Positions 1 to 8,935 of a stretch of 64,000 nt of DNA are shown in pieces. Under the pieces are notes generated by a model that was given only the letters and a program-made list of their open reading frames with translations, was not told the DNA's origin and did not search any database. Positions within the stretch are counted from its first letter, which is position 1. Every line of letters begins with the position of its first letter. Source of the DNA: an uncultured Planctomycetia bacterium (GTDB lineage: Bacteria; Omnitrophota; Gorgyraeia; Tantalellales; Tantalellaceae); NCBI GenBank assembly GCA_964572255.1, contig CAZNEE010000001.1, positions 459,587-523,586 on the forward strand, given 5' to 3'. The position numbers and the translations under genes were made by a program.

Positions 1-309
1 TATTTTAAAGAACAGCATGGAGGTCAGGCTGAGATATTTTTCCTCACAGGTTCCGATTCGGCCGAGAGCCTTTCAATGTGGAAGGATATTGACGATATAT
101 TGAGCCTTACGAATTTTGTCATAGCGACACGGCCCGGGTGGGGCGAGAAAAGTTCTTATGAAGACCGCCTGACGCGTCTTGTCATGCCGAGCATTGAGAT
201 CTCCTCAAGCATGATACGCGAAAGAATAAAGAAACGTGAGCCGATCGATTTTCTTGTCCCGGCTTCAGTCGTCGGCTATATAAGAAATAAAGGTTTGTAC
301 AGAGAATAA
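1..309 (+). CDS. nadD: Nicotinate-nucleotide adenylyltransferase, C-terminal fragment. The gene begins upstream of the window; the reading frame is open from position 1.
   Basis: Translation from position 1 reads YFKEQHGGQAEIFFLTGSDSAESLSMW... and continues to ISSSMIRERIKKREPIDFLVPASVVGYI, which matches the NadD C-terminal region. The rsfS gene follows, as in many bacteria. Confidence 0.7.
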   Translation, partial: YFKEQHGGQAEIFFLTGSDSAESLSMWKDIDDILSLTNFVIATRPGWGEKSSYEDRLTRLVMPSIEISSSMIRERIKKREPIDFLVPASVVGYIRNKGLYRE

Positions 310-387
310 CTTGCACTTTAAAAAGCTATATGATACACTTAGTTTAACGTATTTAATATTAATATAATAAATAATAGGAGGATACCG

Positions 388-534
388 ATGGCAGAAGGTT
401 ATTGCGTAAAATGTAAAGCTAAGAAAGAAATGAAAGACGCGCAAGAAGTTACAATGAAGAACGGAAGAAAAGCCATGAAGGGCAAATGCCCCGATTGCGG
501 TACAGGAATGTACAAGATACTCGGTAACAAATAA
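388..534 (+). CDS. Small Cys4 zinc-ribbon protein of 48 aa. It is absent from the ORF track because it is shorter than 60 aa.
   Basis: ATG at 388 is preceded by a strong ribosome-binding site (AGGAGGAT, 374-381). The translation is MAEGYCVKCKAKKEMKDAQEVTMKNGRKAMKGKCPDCGTGMYKILGNK, with CxxC...CxxC pairs and a lysine-rich composition. The stop is TAA at 532-534. Confidence 0.55.
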   Translation: MAEGYCVKCKAKKEMKDAQEVTMKNGRKAMKGKCPDCGTGMYKILGNK

Positions 535-565
535 GTAAAAGCCTTTAAAAGTATATCAATATTAG

Positions 566-964
566 GTGAAAAAGCTCACATCGCGAGATAAAGCGGAACT
601 TATAGCGAAAATTTCGGCGGAGAAAAAAGGGCAAGATATTGTCCTTATGGATATGAGGCACGTTTCGGTCCTTTGTGACTGGTTCGTGCTTGTAAGTGCG
701 TCTTCTTCCCGTAGGCTCAATACGATCTCCAAAACGGTAGACAAAGAGTTATCCAAAAAGAAAATATCCTATCTTCATTTGGAAGGGAAGAATAATCCCT
801 ACTGGATACTGCTCGATTACGGTGATGTGATATTGCACCTTTTTCACACTGAAATGCGCGAATTTTACGGACTTGAAAGGTTATGGTCCGAAGCTAAAAT
901 AGAATATTTTGACGAAAAATGCTTGCCAAAGACGTCTCAAAAAGAATCTCCAAAATTCTCTTAG
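566..964 (+). CDS. rsfS: Ribosomal silencing factor RsfS (Iojap family).
   Basis: The motif DIVLMDMRHVSVLCDWFVLVSASSSRRLNTI is typical of RsfS. The start is GTG, and the gene overlaps the argS start. Confidence 0.7.
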   Translation: MKKLTSRDKAELIAKISAEKKGQDIVLMDMRHVSVLCDWFVLVSASSSRRLNTISKTVDKELSKKKISYLHLEGKNNPYWILLDYGDVILHLFHTEMREFYGLERLWSEAKIEYFDEKCLPKTSQKESPKFS

Positions 965-2613
965 AATCGGTCAAATCTTACTTTAAAGAAAATCGTCCCG
1001 AAGTATCCCTTCCCGCAGGGATGGATTTTCCCTTAAGCGTCACAAAAGACAAACAGCACGGTGACCTTAATTCGAATGTCGCCATGAGACTTGCCAAACT
1101 GGCAAAAGTTTCGCCTCAAGCGCTCGCCAAGGACCTCACAGCGATCCTTAAAAAAAATATCGAAAGATCTAACCTTGCGCTTTATGTGAAAAGGACCGAA
1201 GTGAAGGGAGGGTTCATCAATTTCTGGCTCTCTGACGAATCATACAGGCGCCTGCTTGTTAATATAAAGGAACTAGGCGGGAAGTTCGGAAGCTCCGACA
1301 TAGGTAAGGGAAAACGGGTGAATCTGGAGTTTGTCAGCGCTAATCCCACAGGCCCCTTAACGATAGCGCACGGAAGGCAGGCGGCGATAGGCGATGCATT
1401 ATCCCGCATCCTCAGGTTTTGCGGTTATCACGTGACAAATGAATATTATCTTAATGATCACGGCAGGCAGATCGATCTTCTCGGAAGGTCCGTGGAAAAC
1501 AGATACCGGGCCCTTTTCGGCAAAGATGAACCCATGCCTGAAGACGGTTACATGGGGGACTACATTATAGACATAGCCAAAGAAATAAAGGATAAAAAGA
1601 GCGATTCGCTCCTTGAGAAAAGACCCGGAACAGAAAGATTTTTTACCTCTTACGCCGTGGATTACATGATGCAGCTTATAAACGATGACCTTAAAAAGTT
1701 CGGGGTTAATTTTGACGAGGTAACAAGCCAGGCGAAGATAGAAGAAAGAAAAGATGTCGAGAAAATACTCAAAAAACTCCAGGAGAAAGAATTTATTTAT
1801 GAAAATGAGAGCGCAAGATGGTTCGCATCGACCCGTTTCGGTGATGATAAAGACCGTGTTGTGGTAAAAAGCGACGGCTCTTTTACTTATTTGGCGCCGG
1901 ATATCGCGTATCATAACGATAAATATTCAAGGGGATACGACAGGCTGATAGATCTTTTGGGGCCTGATCACCATGGCTACATCAAACGCATGAAAGCCGC
2001 GGTTCAGGCGTTAGGGCACGAGGCTAAATCCCTTGATATTCTTATCGTTCAGCTTGTAACGCTAATGCGGGGAGGGGAGACGCTTTCCATGTCCACCCGT
2101 AAAGGCGAATTTATCAGCCTTCGTGAAGTCCTCGATGAGATCGGGAAAGATGTGACTAGATTTTTCTTTTTGACCAGGCGCCTGGACAGCCATCTGGATT
2201 TTGATATTGAGCTTGCGAAGAAAGGATCACAGGACAATCCCGTATATTACATCCAGTACGCCCATGCCAGGATATGCAGCATAAAAAAATTCAGCCGCAA
2301 AAAAAGGTTGCAGCTTTTATTTAAAAAAAACAATTTGGGATTATTGAACACAACGCCGGAAATAGAACTTGTGAGGAAATTAAGCGAATTTCCGTTCGCG
2401 GTTGTCTCCAGCGCCGAAGTTCTGGAGCCTAATCGCCTTTTCGTGTACCTTAATGAACTTGCCAGGTCATTTCATTCTTTTTATACGGAATGCCGCGTCG
2501 TGTCAGATGACGCCGCTCTTTCCAAGGCGAGGCTTTATCTGGTTGAGTGTGTGCGGATTGTCCTTGCTAACGGTCTGGGACTTTTGAACATAACTTTGCC
2601 GGAGAAGATGTGA
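919..2613 (+). CDS. argS: Arginine--tRNA ligase.
   Basis: The 564-aa product contains the class I HIGH region (SANPTGPLTIAHGRQA) and KMSK-like region (TLSMSTRKGEF), plus a DALR anticodon-binding C-terminus. Confidence 0.9.
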   Translation: MLAKDVSKRISKILLESVKSYFKENRPEVSLPAGMDFPLSVTKDKQHGDLNSNVAMRLAKLAKVSPQALAKDLTAILKKNIERSNLALYVKRTEVKGGFINFWLSDESYRRLLVNIKELGGKFGSSDIGKGKRVNLEFVSANPTGPLTIAHGRQAAIGDALSRILRFCGYHVTNEYYLNDHGRQIDLLGRSVENRYRALFGKDEPMPEDGYMGDYIIDIAKEIKDKKSDSLLEKRPGTERFFTSYAVDYMMQLINDDLKKFGVNFDEVTSQAKIEERKDVEKILKKLQEKEFIYENESARWFASTRFGDDKDRVVVKSDGSFTYLAPDIAYHNDKYSRGYDRLIDLLGPDHHGYIKRMKAAVQALGHEAKSLDILIVQLVTLMRGGETLSMSTRKGEFISLREVLDEIGKDVTRFFFLTRRLDSHLDFDIELAKKGSQDNPVYYIQYAHARICSIKKFSRKKRLQLLFKKNNLGLLNTTPEIELVRKLSEFPFAVVSSAEVLEPNRLFVYLNELARSFHSFYTECRVVSDDAALSKARLYLVECVRIVLANGLGLLNITLPEKM

Positions 2614-2616
2614 TAA

Positions 2617-4533
2617 ATGTTCGAATCTATCAAGTTATACACCGGCGAGACAGTTGAGCTGGATGAGATCATCCGGAACCTTGAGCGGTACGACTATAAC
2701 AGGTGCCGGAAAGTCTCGATCGAAGGGGATTACAGCCTTCTCGGAGAGACCCTCATAATTTTTCCCGTCACATTTGAATACCCCGTAAGGATAGATCTTT
2801 CGGACGGCAAGGTAAATTCCATAAAAAGTGTCGATATAGTATCATTCCGCACGATCACGGACCATAAAGGCGTTATCGTTCTTCCCGCGAATATCCTGCG
2901 CCGCACAAAAGTAAAAAAACAGCAGATGGAGCTCGGGGAAAGCCCCATAGATTCTTTTGTGGATATCGAGCCGGGCGATTTTGTTGTCCATATAGATTAC
3001 GGTATAGGAAAATATCTGGGCATGCAGCGCATGCGGCGTGACGGGAAAGTGCAGGATTATTTTGTTATTGAATATGCCGGAGGGGATAAACTGTATGTTG
3101 AGCACGCTGACCTGCATAAACTTCAAAGGTATGTGTCATTTCACAGAAAACCGCATAAGCTCAACAGTCTTAAGGGTAAAAGGTGGCAGAGCGCCAAGAA
3201 CAGGGCGACGAAAGGCGCTGAAAAAATAGCCCGGGATTTTCTGCGCCTGCAGGCGATCAGGGAAAATACAAAAGCCTATGCGTTCAGCAAAGATACCGAC
3301 TGGCAAAAAGAGGTAGAAGATGCCTTCCCGTATAAAGAAACACCGGATCAGATTAAAGCGACCGGGGAAACCAAGCTTGACATGGAAAAGATGCGTCCGA
3401 TGGATAGGCTTCTGTGCGGTGATGTGGGATACGGAAAGACGGAAGTCGCCATGCGCGCGGCATTCAAAGCGGTCATGGATAATAAACAGGTGGCTTTCCT
3501 TGTTCCCACAACCATTTTGGCCGAACAGCACATGGAAACTTTCCAGAAGAGGATGAAGGATTATCCCGTTAACATACAGATGCTGAACCGCTTTAAGACC
3601 CCCTCGGAACAGGAAAAAATAGTCACGGGGGTCAGGGAGGGGAAGATCGATATCGTTATAGGCACGCACCGGCTCCTTTCAGATGATATAAAATTCAAAG
3701 ATCTGGGGCTTCTTATCATCGATGAAGAGCAGAGATTCGGCGTTAAACAAAAAGATAAAATAAAGAGGATGCGTGTTAATGTTGATATCCTTACGCTTAC
3801 TGCCACGCCCATACCCAGAACCCTTTATCTTGCTCTCATGGGGGGCAAAGACATTTCGATGATAGAGACGCCGCCTTTGGAAAGGATACCTGTTCATGCC
3901 AAGGTCATAGAATTTGACAAGAAGGTCATCAAAGAAGCCATCAGGAAGGAATTAGAGAGGAAGGGACAGGTTTATTTTGTGCACAACAGGGTCGAATCGA
4001 TAGACAGAATAGCCTCTGAAGTAAAAGCTCTTGTCCCGGAAGCCAGACTTATGGTGGGGCACGGCCAGATGAGCTCAAAAATGCTTGAAGAAACCATGGT
4101 AAAATTCATTAAAGGAGAAGTGGATATTCTGGTATGCACGACTATCATAGAATTCGGGATAGATATCCCTAATGCGAATACCATGATACTGAATCAGGCG
4201 GACAAGTTCGGTTTAGCGGATCTTTATCAGCTTAAAGGCAGGATAGGAAGATTTGACAGGCAGGCTTTCGCGTATCTCGTTGTCAGGGATTTTGGTTCAT
4301 TGACGGGCGAAGTAAGAAAACGATTGGAGGTTATACAGAAATACCATGAGCTGGGTTCCGGGTTTAAAATAGCCATGCGGGATCTTGAGATGAGAGGAGC
4401 CGGCAATATTCTGGGAATAGAACAGAGCGGCTTCATTGACTCGATCGGTTTTGATCTGTATTGCCGCCTGCTCCGGGAAGAAATCTCAAAGCTCAAGGGG
4501 GACGCCCCATTCGGGGACACCCTACATAGCTAA
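2617..4533 (+). CDS. mfd: Transcription-repair coupling factor Mfd, short form of 638 aa. It has an RNAP-interaction-like region followed by the superfamily 2 (SF2) translocase module. The UvrB-homology N-terminus and the D7 C-terminal domain are absent.
   Basis: The stretch FPYKETPDQIKATGETKLDMEKMRPMDRLLCGDVGYGKTEVAMRAAFKAV...LVPTTILAEQH matches the Mfd translocase module almost residue for residue. The helicase motif QLKGRIGRFDRQAFAYL and the TRG-like region (RDLEMRGAGNILGIEQSGFIDSIGFDLYCRLL) are present. The ORF ends inside a repeat element at 4497-4522. Confidence 0.8.
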   Translation: MFESIKLYTGETVELDEIIRNLERYDYNRCRKVSIEGDYSLLGETLIIFPVTFEYPVRIDLSDGKVNSIKSVDIVSFRTITDHKGVIVLPANILRRTKVKKQQMELGESPIDSFVDIEPGDFVVHIDYGIGKYLGMQRMRRDGKVQDYFVIEYAGGDKLYVEHADLHKLQRYVSFHRKPHKLNSLKGKRWQSAKNRATKGAEKIARDFLRLQAIRENTKAYAFSKDTDWQKEVEDAFPYKETPDQIKATGETKLDMEKMRPMDRLLCGDVGYGKTEVAMRAAFKAVMDNKQVAFLVPTTILAEQHMETFQKRMKDYPVNIQMLNRFKTPSEQEKIVTGVREGKIDIVIGTHRLLSDDIKFKDLGLLIIDEEQRFGVKQKDKIKRMRVNVDILTLTATPIPRTLYLALMGGKDISMIETPPLERIPVHAKVIEFDKKVIKEAIRKELERKGQVYFVHNRVESIDRIASEVKALVPEARLMVGHGQMSSKMLEETMVKFIKGEVDILVCTTIIEFGIDIPNANTMILNQADKFGLADLYQLKGRIGRFDRQAFAYLVVRDFGSLTGEVRKRLEVIQKYHELGSGFKIAMRDLEMRGAGNILGIEQSGFIDSIGFDLYCRLLREEISKLKGDAPFGDTLHS

Positions 4534-4604
4534 CAACATCATAACTTTTACAAAAATTTTATATTTATTTAATCTTATAGGGTGTCCCCGAATGGGGCGT
4601 CCCC
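4497..4604. repeat. MITE-like element, copy 1. It has perfect 25-bp terminal inverted repeats (GGGGACGCCCCATTCGGGGACACCC / GGGTGTCCCCGAATGGGGCGTCCCC) flanking about 57 bp of AT-rich interior.
   Basis: The inverted repeat can be read directly on both arms. The left arm encodes the last residues of Mfd (DAPFGDTLHS-stop). A second copy sits at 42931-43026. Confidence 0.6.
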
Positions 4605-4679
4605 AAATAAATCTTGCAGGCGTGGAAGGGTTCTGATAACATATACCCCATATTATAATTATTTAGGCGGTTTAATATA

Positions 4680-5552
4680 ATGCACAACAAAAATAAAATC
4701 ATCATTTCTTGTATTTTTACGGCGGTTTCGGTATCTTTGTTGGCTTTATTGACATCCGGGTGCGGGAGGTCAAGAGGCAAGGAGACTCTCGCTTTGATCG
4801 GCAACACCAAGATAACGGTTTCGGATTTCGATGAAAGGATATCGAACTTGCCCGAGAGATATCAAGCCGTAGTAAAGAAACGCAAAAATGAATTTCTTCA
4901 GAAGATCATAAACGATACCGTGCTTTATCAGGAAGCGGTGAGGGAAGGGCTGCACAAGGACAAGGATGTCCAGAAGGTGATAGAAGAAGCGAAGAAGAAG
5001 ATCCTGATCGCGCGCCTTTTAAAAGACAGGCTTGACGATTCCATCGAGATCACGGACGAAGAGATAATAGCCGATTACAGCCAGAACAGGGAAAGGTACA
5101 TGACGCCGGAGATCATGCGCGTTTCCCATATTCTTGTGCCCACAAGGGAAGAAGCCGAGAATGTTTTAAAGCAGCTGGATAAAGGTAAATCTTTCGAAGA
5201 TATGGCGAAGGCAAAATCTGTTGACCCGACCGCGCAAAGAGGAGGGGATATAGGTTATTTTCCCAAAGGGCAGCTGATGCCGGAATTTGAAGCGGCATGC
5301 ACACAACTCCAGATAGATCAGGTAAGCGGCGTTGTCGAGACGAAACTGGGTTATCATATAATAAAACTGACCGATAGAAGGCCTCCGGTACAACGTCCTT
5401 TGAATGAGGTAAAAGAAAAAATAAAATCCAGATTGCATAATATCGAAAGACAGAAACTGTTTAATGATCTTCTGAAAAATCTGCATGAAAAGACCAAGAT
5501 AAAGGTCAATGAAGAAGTCTTAAAAGCCGGCGGGGAGGATGAAAATAAATGA
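4680..5552 (+). CDS. Periplasmic peptidyl-prolyl isomerase lipoprotein of the SurA/PrsA-like parvulin family.
   Basis: The lipobox is LLTSGC. A SurA-N-like helical region is followed by a parvulin rotamase domain (VSHILVPTREEAE...GGDIGYFPKGQLMPEFE...GYHIIKL). Confidence 0.7.
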   Translation: MHNKNKIIISCIFTAVSVSLLALLTSGCGRSRGKETLALIGNTKITVSDFDERISNLPERYQAVVKKRKNEFLQKIINDTVLYQEAVREGLHKDKDVQKVIEEAKKKILIARLLKDRLDDSIEITDEEIIADYSQNRERYMTPEIMRVSHILVPTREEAENVLKQLDKGKSFEDMAKAKSVDPTAQRGGDIGYFPKGQLMPEFEAACTQLQIDQVSGVVETKLGYHIIKLTDRRPPVQRPLNEVKEKIKSRLHNIERQKLFNDLLKNLHEKTKIKVNEEVLKAGGEDENK

Positions 5553-6511
5553 AAAAAGACAGATGGGTAAAAAAAGCGAATTTTATTATTGTGATGCTTA
5601 GCGCGTTCAGTTTATGCGTTCCGGCATTCTCTGAAGTTCTTGATAAGGTTATTGTTGTCGTGAATGATGAAGTTGTCACGCAAAGGGAATTTGACAGGCA
5701 ATTCTCTGTCATCAAGAACAGGTATGAACAAAATTTGAAGGGGAAAGAGCTTGACGAACGTCTCGAAGAGGCGAGAAAGATGTTCCTGGAACAGATCATC
5801 GATTCCAAGATAGCCATAAGCGAGGCGAAGAAAAAGAACGTAAAAATAGATGAAGCGGCATTGCAGGATAAGATCGAAAAGATCAGGGCCCATTACGCGA
5901 CAGAGGAGGAGTTCTTAAAGGCATTAAGCGCGCAGGGTACCAATCTTACGGAATTCGAGCGTGAAATACGCGATCGTATGCTCGCGCAAAAAATAATCGA
6001 GAAAGAGGTCGCTTCAAAGATAAACATTACACCGGGAGATGTCAGGGACCTGTATGAGAAGAATAAGGAAAAATTAGTTGCGCCTCCAAGGGCGAAAGTA
6101 AGCACTATCATGATACGCAAGACCGGGGATCCTGCGGATGACAGGAAAAGGCTGAGTGTGGTGCAGGATAAGTTAAAGAAGGGCAGGGTTTTTACCGAAC
6201 TTGCTAAAGAACTTTCGGAAGGGCCGTATGCTTCCGAAGGCGGAGAAATGGGATATATTGCGCCCGGACAGACGATCGAGATAATCGATGAGACTATTTT
6301 TTCAATGAAAAAAGGAGAGGTATCAAAGCCGATAGAGACGGAAATAGGATACCATATCCTGAAAGTTGAAGATACAGAGGAACCGAAAAAGCTTGAACTG
6401 GCCGAAGTGAACGACTTTCTTAGAGCGCAGCTGTTTAACAAAAGATTTACGGACGAATTATCCGAATGGCTTAAAGAAAAAAGAAAGAATGCGTATATCT
6501 CCTACAAATAA
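5549..6511 (+). CDS. surA: SurA-like periplasmic chaperone / PPIase.
   Basis: The product has a signal peptide, a SurA N-terminal domain pattern and a parvulin domain (PYASEGGEMGYIAPGQTIE...GYHILKV). Its position upstream of pdxA-ksgA matches E. coli surA-pdxA-ksgA. Confidence 0.65.
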   Translation: MKKDRWVKKANFIIVMLSAFSLCVPAFSEVLDKVIVVVNDEVVTQREFDRQFSVIKNRYEQNLKGKELDERLEEARKMFLEQIIDSKIAISEAKKKNVKIDEAALQDKIEKIRAHYATEEEFLKALSAQGTNLTEFEREIRDRMLAQKIIEKEVASKINITPGDVRDLYEKNKEKLVAPPRAKVSTIMIRKTGDPADDRKRLSVVQDKLKKGRVFTELAKELSEGPYASEGGEMGYIAPGQTIEIIDETIFSMKKGEVSKPIETEIGYHILKVEDTEEPKKLELAEVNDFLRAQLFNKRFTDELSEWLKEKRKNAYISYK

Positions 6512-7499
6512 GCCGCAGATCTTCATAACCATGGGCGATCCGGCCGGTATAGGGCCGGAAGTTATCATGAAAACAATGGCAAGTCCGGCGATAAGACGGC
6601 TTGCCGTTTTTGTTATAATTGCCGATAGCGGCGTGATAAAGAAAAATCCGGCCGGCCTTTCTTTGGAAGAGGTGCTTTTTCATCCGAATGATCAAGAAGT
6701 GACTTTGGATGAGGAGCGCATCAATGTTCTTGATCCCGGGCCGGAACTTGGAGAGATCACACCGGGGCAACCTACCGATGAAGGCGCCCGAAAAGCTCTT
6801 GATTGCATCGATCTGGCCATTAGAGCTGCCGGCGATCCGGAGAATAATACACCAAAAGCAATAGTAACGGCTCCCGTGTGCAAAGAGGCAATAGCGAATA
6901 TTCATCCCGGTTTTATCGGGCACACGGAATATCTGCAGAACGCTTTCTCATCGGAACTTGTGACCATGGTGATGGTAGGGAAGACGTTCTCGGTCGTTCC
7001 CGTAACAAGACATATACCGCTTAAAGAAGTTCCTTCAGTACTGTCACTGGATCTTATATACGAAACCTTAAAGCAGGTCGTGGAGGGGCGTCATATCATA
7101 TCAGGCAAAGAAGATCCCCATATCAGCGTCACGGCATTAAACCCTCATTCCGGAGAAGGCGGCAGGATCGGACGGGAAGAGATCGATCTCATACGCCCGG
7201 CTGTCGATAAAGCAAGATCTTTATACGGGGAAATGGATGGCCCCGTTTCAGCCGATGTTGTTTTTTACCGGGCGATGCACGGAAAAACCGACATAGTAGT
7301 GGGCATGTATCATGATCAGTGCCTTGCGCCGTTCAAGATGGTGGAGTTCGATAAAGGGATAAACATGACGCTCGGGCTGGGCTGTGTCCGCACTTCTCCA
7401 GACCATGGTACAGCTTTTGATATAGCGGGCAAGGGCATCGCAAACCATGCTTCGATGGAAGAGGCGGTTAAATTGGCGATCCGAGCGGTTGTCGTATAA
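6489..7499 (+). CDS. pdxA: 4-hydroxythreonine-4-phosphate dehydrogenase.
   Basis: The motifs ITMGDPAGIGPEV, GHTEYL and ALNPHSGEGG are present. The start may instead be the ATG at 6531 (MGDPAG...). Confidence 0.85.
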   Translation: MRISPTNKPQIFITMGDPAGIGPEVIMKTMASPAIRRLAVFVIIADSGVIKKNPAGLSLEEVLFHPNDQEVTLDEERINVLDPGPELGEITPGQPTDEGARKALDCIDLAIRAAGDPENNTPKAIVTAPVCKEAIANIHPGFIGHTEYLQNAFSSELVTMVMVGKTFSVVPVTRHIPLKEVPSVLSLDLIYETLKQVVEGRHIISGKEDPHISVTALNPHSGEGGRIGREEIDLIRPAVDKARSLYGEMDGPVSADVVFYRAMHGKTDIVVGMYHDQCLAPFKMVEFDKGINMTLGLGCVRTSPDHGTAFDIAGKGIANHASMEEAVKLAIRAVVV

Positions 7500-7507
7500 A
7501 TAGATTT

Positions 7508-7653
7508 GATGTGTGAGCTGTTTCTGACAGGACATCAAATTGATGAGCGAGCATGGTGTCTTGCGTTTAAGAGCCGGACGAGCGAAGCAATTTTTGAGTC
7601 AAATTTTCTCGCTGGGAAAATTTGACGTTCCTGGAAGAAATAGCTCACACATC
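7508..7653. repeat. Structured palindromic intergenic element. An 18-bp inverted repeat, GATGTGTGAGCTGTTTCT / AGAAATAGCTCACACATC (one mismatch), encloses nested palindromes.
   Basis: Inverted repeat arms lie at 7508-7525 and 7636-7653. The inner palindrome CATCAAATTGATG sits at 7533-7545. GTCAAATTTT/AAAATTTGAC lie at 7598-7607 and 7617-7626. Confidence 0.45.
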
Positions 7654-7676
7654 GAATGTTTTCATATTAAATAACG

Positions 7677-8513
7677 ATGAATCTAACGCAATTAAAAACT
7701 CTCTGGCGGGAGCATGATTTCCGGCCCAATAAGAAGCTCGGCCAGAATTTCCTTATCGACAACAACGTCAGGGATAATATCCTCAAAACCCTTCCTGTTA
7801 CGGAAAATGATACCCTCATCGAGATAGGCCCGGGGTTCGGCGTTATGACCTTTGAGGCGGCCAGACTTTGCGGAAAACTTTACGCGGTCGAGAAGGACGA
7901 AAAGATATGCAGCATCATGAAACCGTTTTATGAAAAAAGCGCGAACATTGAGCTCATTTGCAAAGATGTATTAGATGTGGAGATAAGTTCATTTTCGAAA
8001 GAGGGGGGGAAGATATTGATCCTCGGGAACCTTCCGTATTACATAACCACACCCATTATCGAAAAGATCATAGAGAACAAAAAATTGATCAGGAATGCGT
8101 ATGTGGTCGTTCAGGATGAGCTTGCAGACCGTATAGTAGCGTCTCCCGGATCCAGGGTGTTCGGCTCTATAACCTGTTTTATCCAGTTCCATGCGAATGT
8201 GAAGAAATTATTCAAGATAAAAAAGAATTCATTTTATCCCCGCCCTAAGGTTGATTCATGTCTTCTGGCAATAGAGGTTTTGGAAGAGCCGTCGGTTTCG
8301 GTAAAAGATGAGAAGCTTATGTTCGATGTCATACATAAATGTTTTTCCCAGAGACGCAAGAAGATAATTAATCCGCTGAGCCATACGAATTTTTTAGGAT
8401 TTGACCGCGATAAGTGGAACGAAATAATCACATCGTGCGGCATCGATCCCTCGAGCCGCGCCGAACAACTTTCCCTAAAAGATTACGCAAAGATCACAAA
8501 TACAATAAGCTAA
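7677..8513 (+). CDS. rsmA: 16S rRNA (adenine1518/1519-N6)-dimethyltransferase.
   Basis: The SAM-binding motif LIEIGPGFGVMT, the GNLPYYITTPI motif and RsmA/KsgA-like length support the call. The position after pdxA matches the E. coli arrangement. Confidence 0.85.
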   Translation: MNLTQLKTLWREHDFRPNKKLGQNFLIDNNVRDNILKTLPVTENDTLIEIGPGFGVMTFEAARLCGKLYAVEKDEKICSIMKPFYEKSANIELICKDVLDVEISSFSKEGGKILILGNLPYYITTPIIEKIIENKKLIRNAYVVVQDELADRIVASPGSRVFGSITCFIQFHANVKKLFKIKKNSFYPRPKVDSCLLAIEVLEEPSVSVKDEKLMFDVIHKCFSQRRKKIINPLSHTNFLGFDRDKWNEIITSCGIDPSSRAEQLSLKDYAKITNTIS

Positions 8514-8600
8514 AGATATTGTCCCTGCTCAAAACAGCGCCGACACCCTTATTGTACTATTATTGACTTTACTATACTAATATGATAACTTAGTACCATC

Positions 8601-8909
8601 ATGTCCGAGGGATCCAGCAAAAAAACTATCACAGAAGACGTAGTACGGTATGTAGCTCAGCTTTCGAGACTCAGTTTTGATGATAAAGAAGTTAAAAAGT
8701 TCAAGTCTCAGCTTGCGGATATACTGGGTTATATTGAACAACTCACTGAGGTCGATACGAAAGATACCCCCCCTACATCTCATGTTCTGACTTCGATGAA
8801 AAATGTTTTCAGAGAAGATGAGCTTCAAAAATCTTTGCCGGTCGAAGAGGGGCTTAGTAACGCTCCCGAGAAAAAAGGCGATTTTTTCAAAGTACCGAAA
8901 GTTATTTAG
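8601..8909 (+). CDS. gatC: Glutamyl-tRNA(Gln) amidotransferase subunit C.
   Basis: The 102-aa product has VAQLSRLSFDDKEVKKFKSQLADILGYIEQL, typical of GatC. It precedes gatA. Confidence 0.85.
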   Translation: MSEGSSKKTITEDVVRYVAQLSRLSFDDKEVKKFKSQLADILGYIEQLTEVDTKDTPPTSHVLTSMKNVFREDELQKSLPVEEGLSNAPEKKGDFFKVPKVI

Positions 8910-8935
8910 ATATAAAGGTTTAAGAGAGATCAAGA

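Noticed and set aside
1399-1914. A 171-aa minus-strand ORF inside argS. The same situation applies to many other antisense ORFs in the track, e.g. 3136-3669, 5893-6441, 11419-11898, 20910-21725, 21569-22321, 33559-33882, 44898-45371, 45973-46521, 50795-51268, 57569-57970, 60134-60580 and 60801-61286.
   Set aside because: Each lies entirely within a well-supported + strand gene with recognisable conserved motifs. The translations are low-complexity or hydrophobic with no recognisable domain, so they are shadow ORFs of the opposite coding strand.
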